Source of the DNA: Takakia lepidozioides
Lineage: Eukaryota > Plantae > Bryophyta
DNA: 64,000 nucleotides
Assembly: GCA_030704615.1 (NCBI GenBank)
Contig: CM060733.1
Coordinates: forward strand, 72,478,001-72,542,000
Direction: 5' to 3'
Shown here in pieces: positions 63,243-64,000 of the stretch (within the stretch, counting starts at the first letter, position 1; each line of letters starts with the position of its first letter). A model generated the notes under the pieces. The model saw only the letters and a program-made list of their open reading frames with translations, did not search any database and had not been told where the DNA came from. The translations under genes and the position numbers were made by a program.

Positions 63243-64000
63243 TGTCGCGCAGCTTTTACTCACCCATCCCTTCGCTATCCGAGGCGGAAACTCCAAGATA
63301 GAAGAGTTAGAAATCTCTAAGTACTCAGCTCGCTCAGAACAATCAGTCATGACCTACAGCTAGTGTATCATGGGGGTGTTTCCTATTTGTTTTCCTTTCC
63401 GCATTCATGTTAGCTAGCTACCTTACTATTGATAATTAAGTATCAGTTTGCTTCATCAATCTATCGGATTCCATCAACTCATCCATTCATTCCACAGCTT
63501 CACTCAGATCTCTCTACACAGTGTGAGTATGAAGTGTGTATCAGATTAATATCTATCAAGTATCAGGCTGAAGCCATGGTGTCTCTAATCTACTCTACAT
63601 TACAATTCTATAGCTTGCATTCATCAAGTAACAACAGATTGTCACTTCTCCTACTCCGTGCTCTTCATCTTTCCCCTCAGAGATGTGCTCCCCCCCCTAT
63701 TTCCAAGCCCTGATGCCAGAAGTCCCCCACCCCGAAGTGATCTCCCGCCGCCTCCTTTCAGTCCTTGCTCCTAGTTATCTTCCTACCCGTTGTTCTAACC
63801 GCTTCCCTCACTAACCGTCGTCTGTGAACTAACATGTTCCATTCGCAGGTGTTGTTCCCCACATCGTTCCCTGTCCTGCTATCCGTTCCCTATGGTCGTG
63901 ACAGCTGTGTGAAACTGTGACCGGCTGTGACCGGCTGTGTCGGGCTGTGACTGGTTGTGCGACTGTGTTTGGCTGTGTCGGGCTGTGACTGGCTGTGTGG
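63243..64000 (-). mobile_element. Ty3/Gypsy LTR (3' LTR of a minus-strand element, or solo LTR), cut by the window edge
   Basis: Reverse complement of the element A-type LTR; starts TGTCGCGCAGCTTTTACTC; no PBS on its left flank. Confidence 0.9.

Overview
Eukaryotic, plant-like heterochromatic DNA (spliceosomal introns; many CAG>TAG and CGA>TGA lesions typical of CG/CHG-methylation decay), made almost entirely of nested transposons. The backbone is a decayed non-chromoviral Ty3/Gypsy LTR retrotransposon (element B, 3343-56297). Inserted into it are a related retroelement in its 5' LTR (A), a full-length sister element (C, 39062-52299, TSD CTCTG) and three Mutator-like (MULE) DNA transposons. 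A fourth MULE-like end and further LTRs lie near the window edges. The most notable feature is the MULE architecture. Two complete, highly diverged elements (9725-24420 and 26996-38712) each carry, head-to-head, (i) a GCM-like zinc finger/DDE/SWIM transposase gene and (ii) a multi-exon gene for a protein with an N-terminal ParB/Srx-like domain (VWDGNHRLLAW) and a C-terminal beta-class N4C/N6A DNA-methyltransferase-like domain with a non-canonical DIPD catalytic motif. Each family also carries its own array of long palindromes (GGAAATTCGGCGCCGAATTTCC versus AGCTCAAACAGTGTGCG-N4-CGCACACTGTTTGAGCT), reminiscent of parS sites or of VANC-type anti-silencing targets. All domain calls come from motif recognition by eye; no database searches were run.
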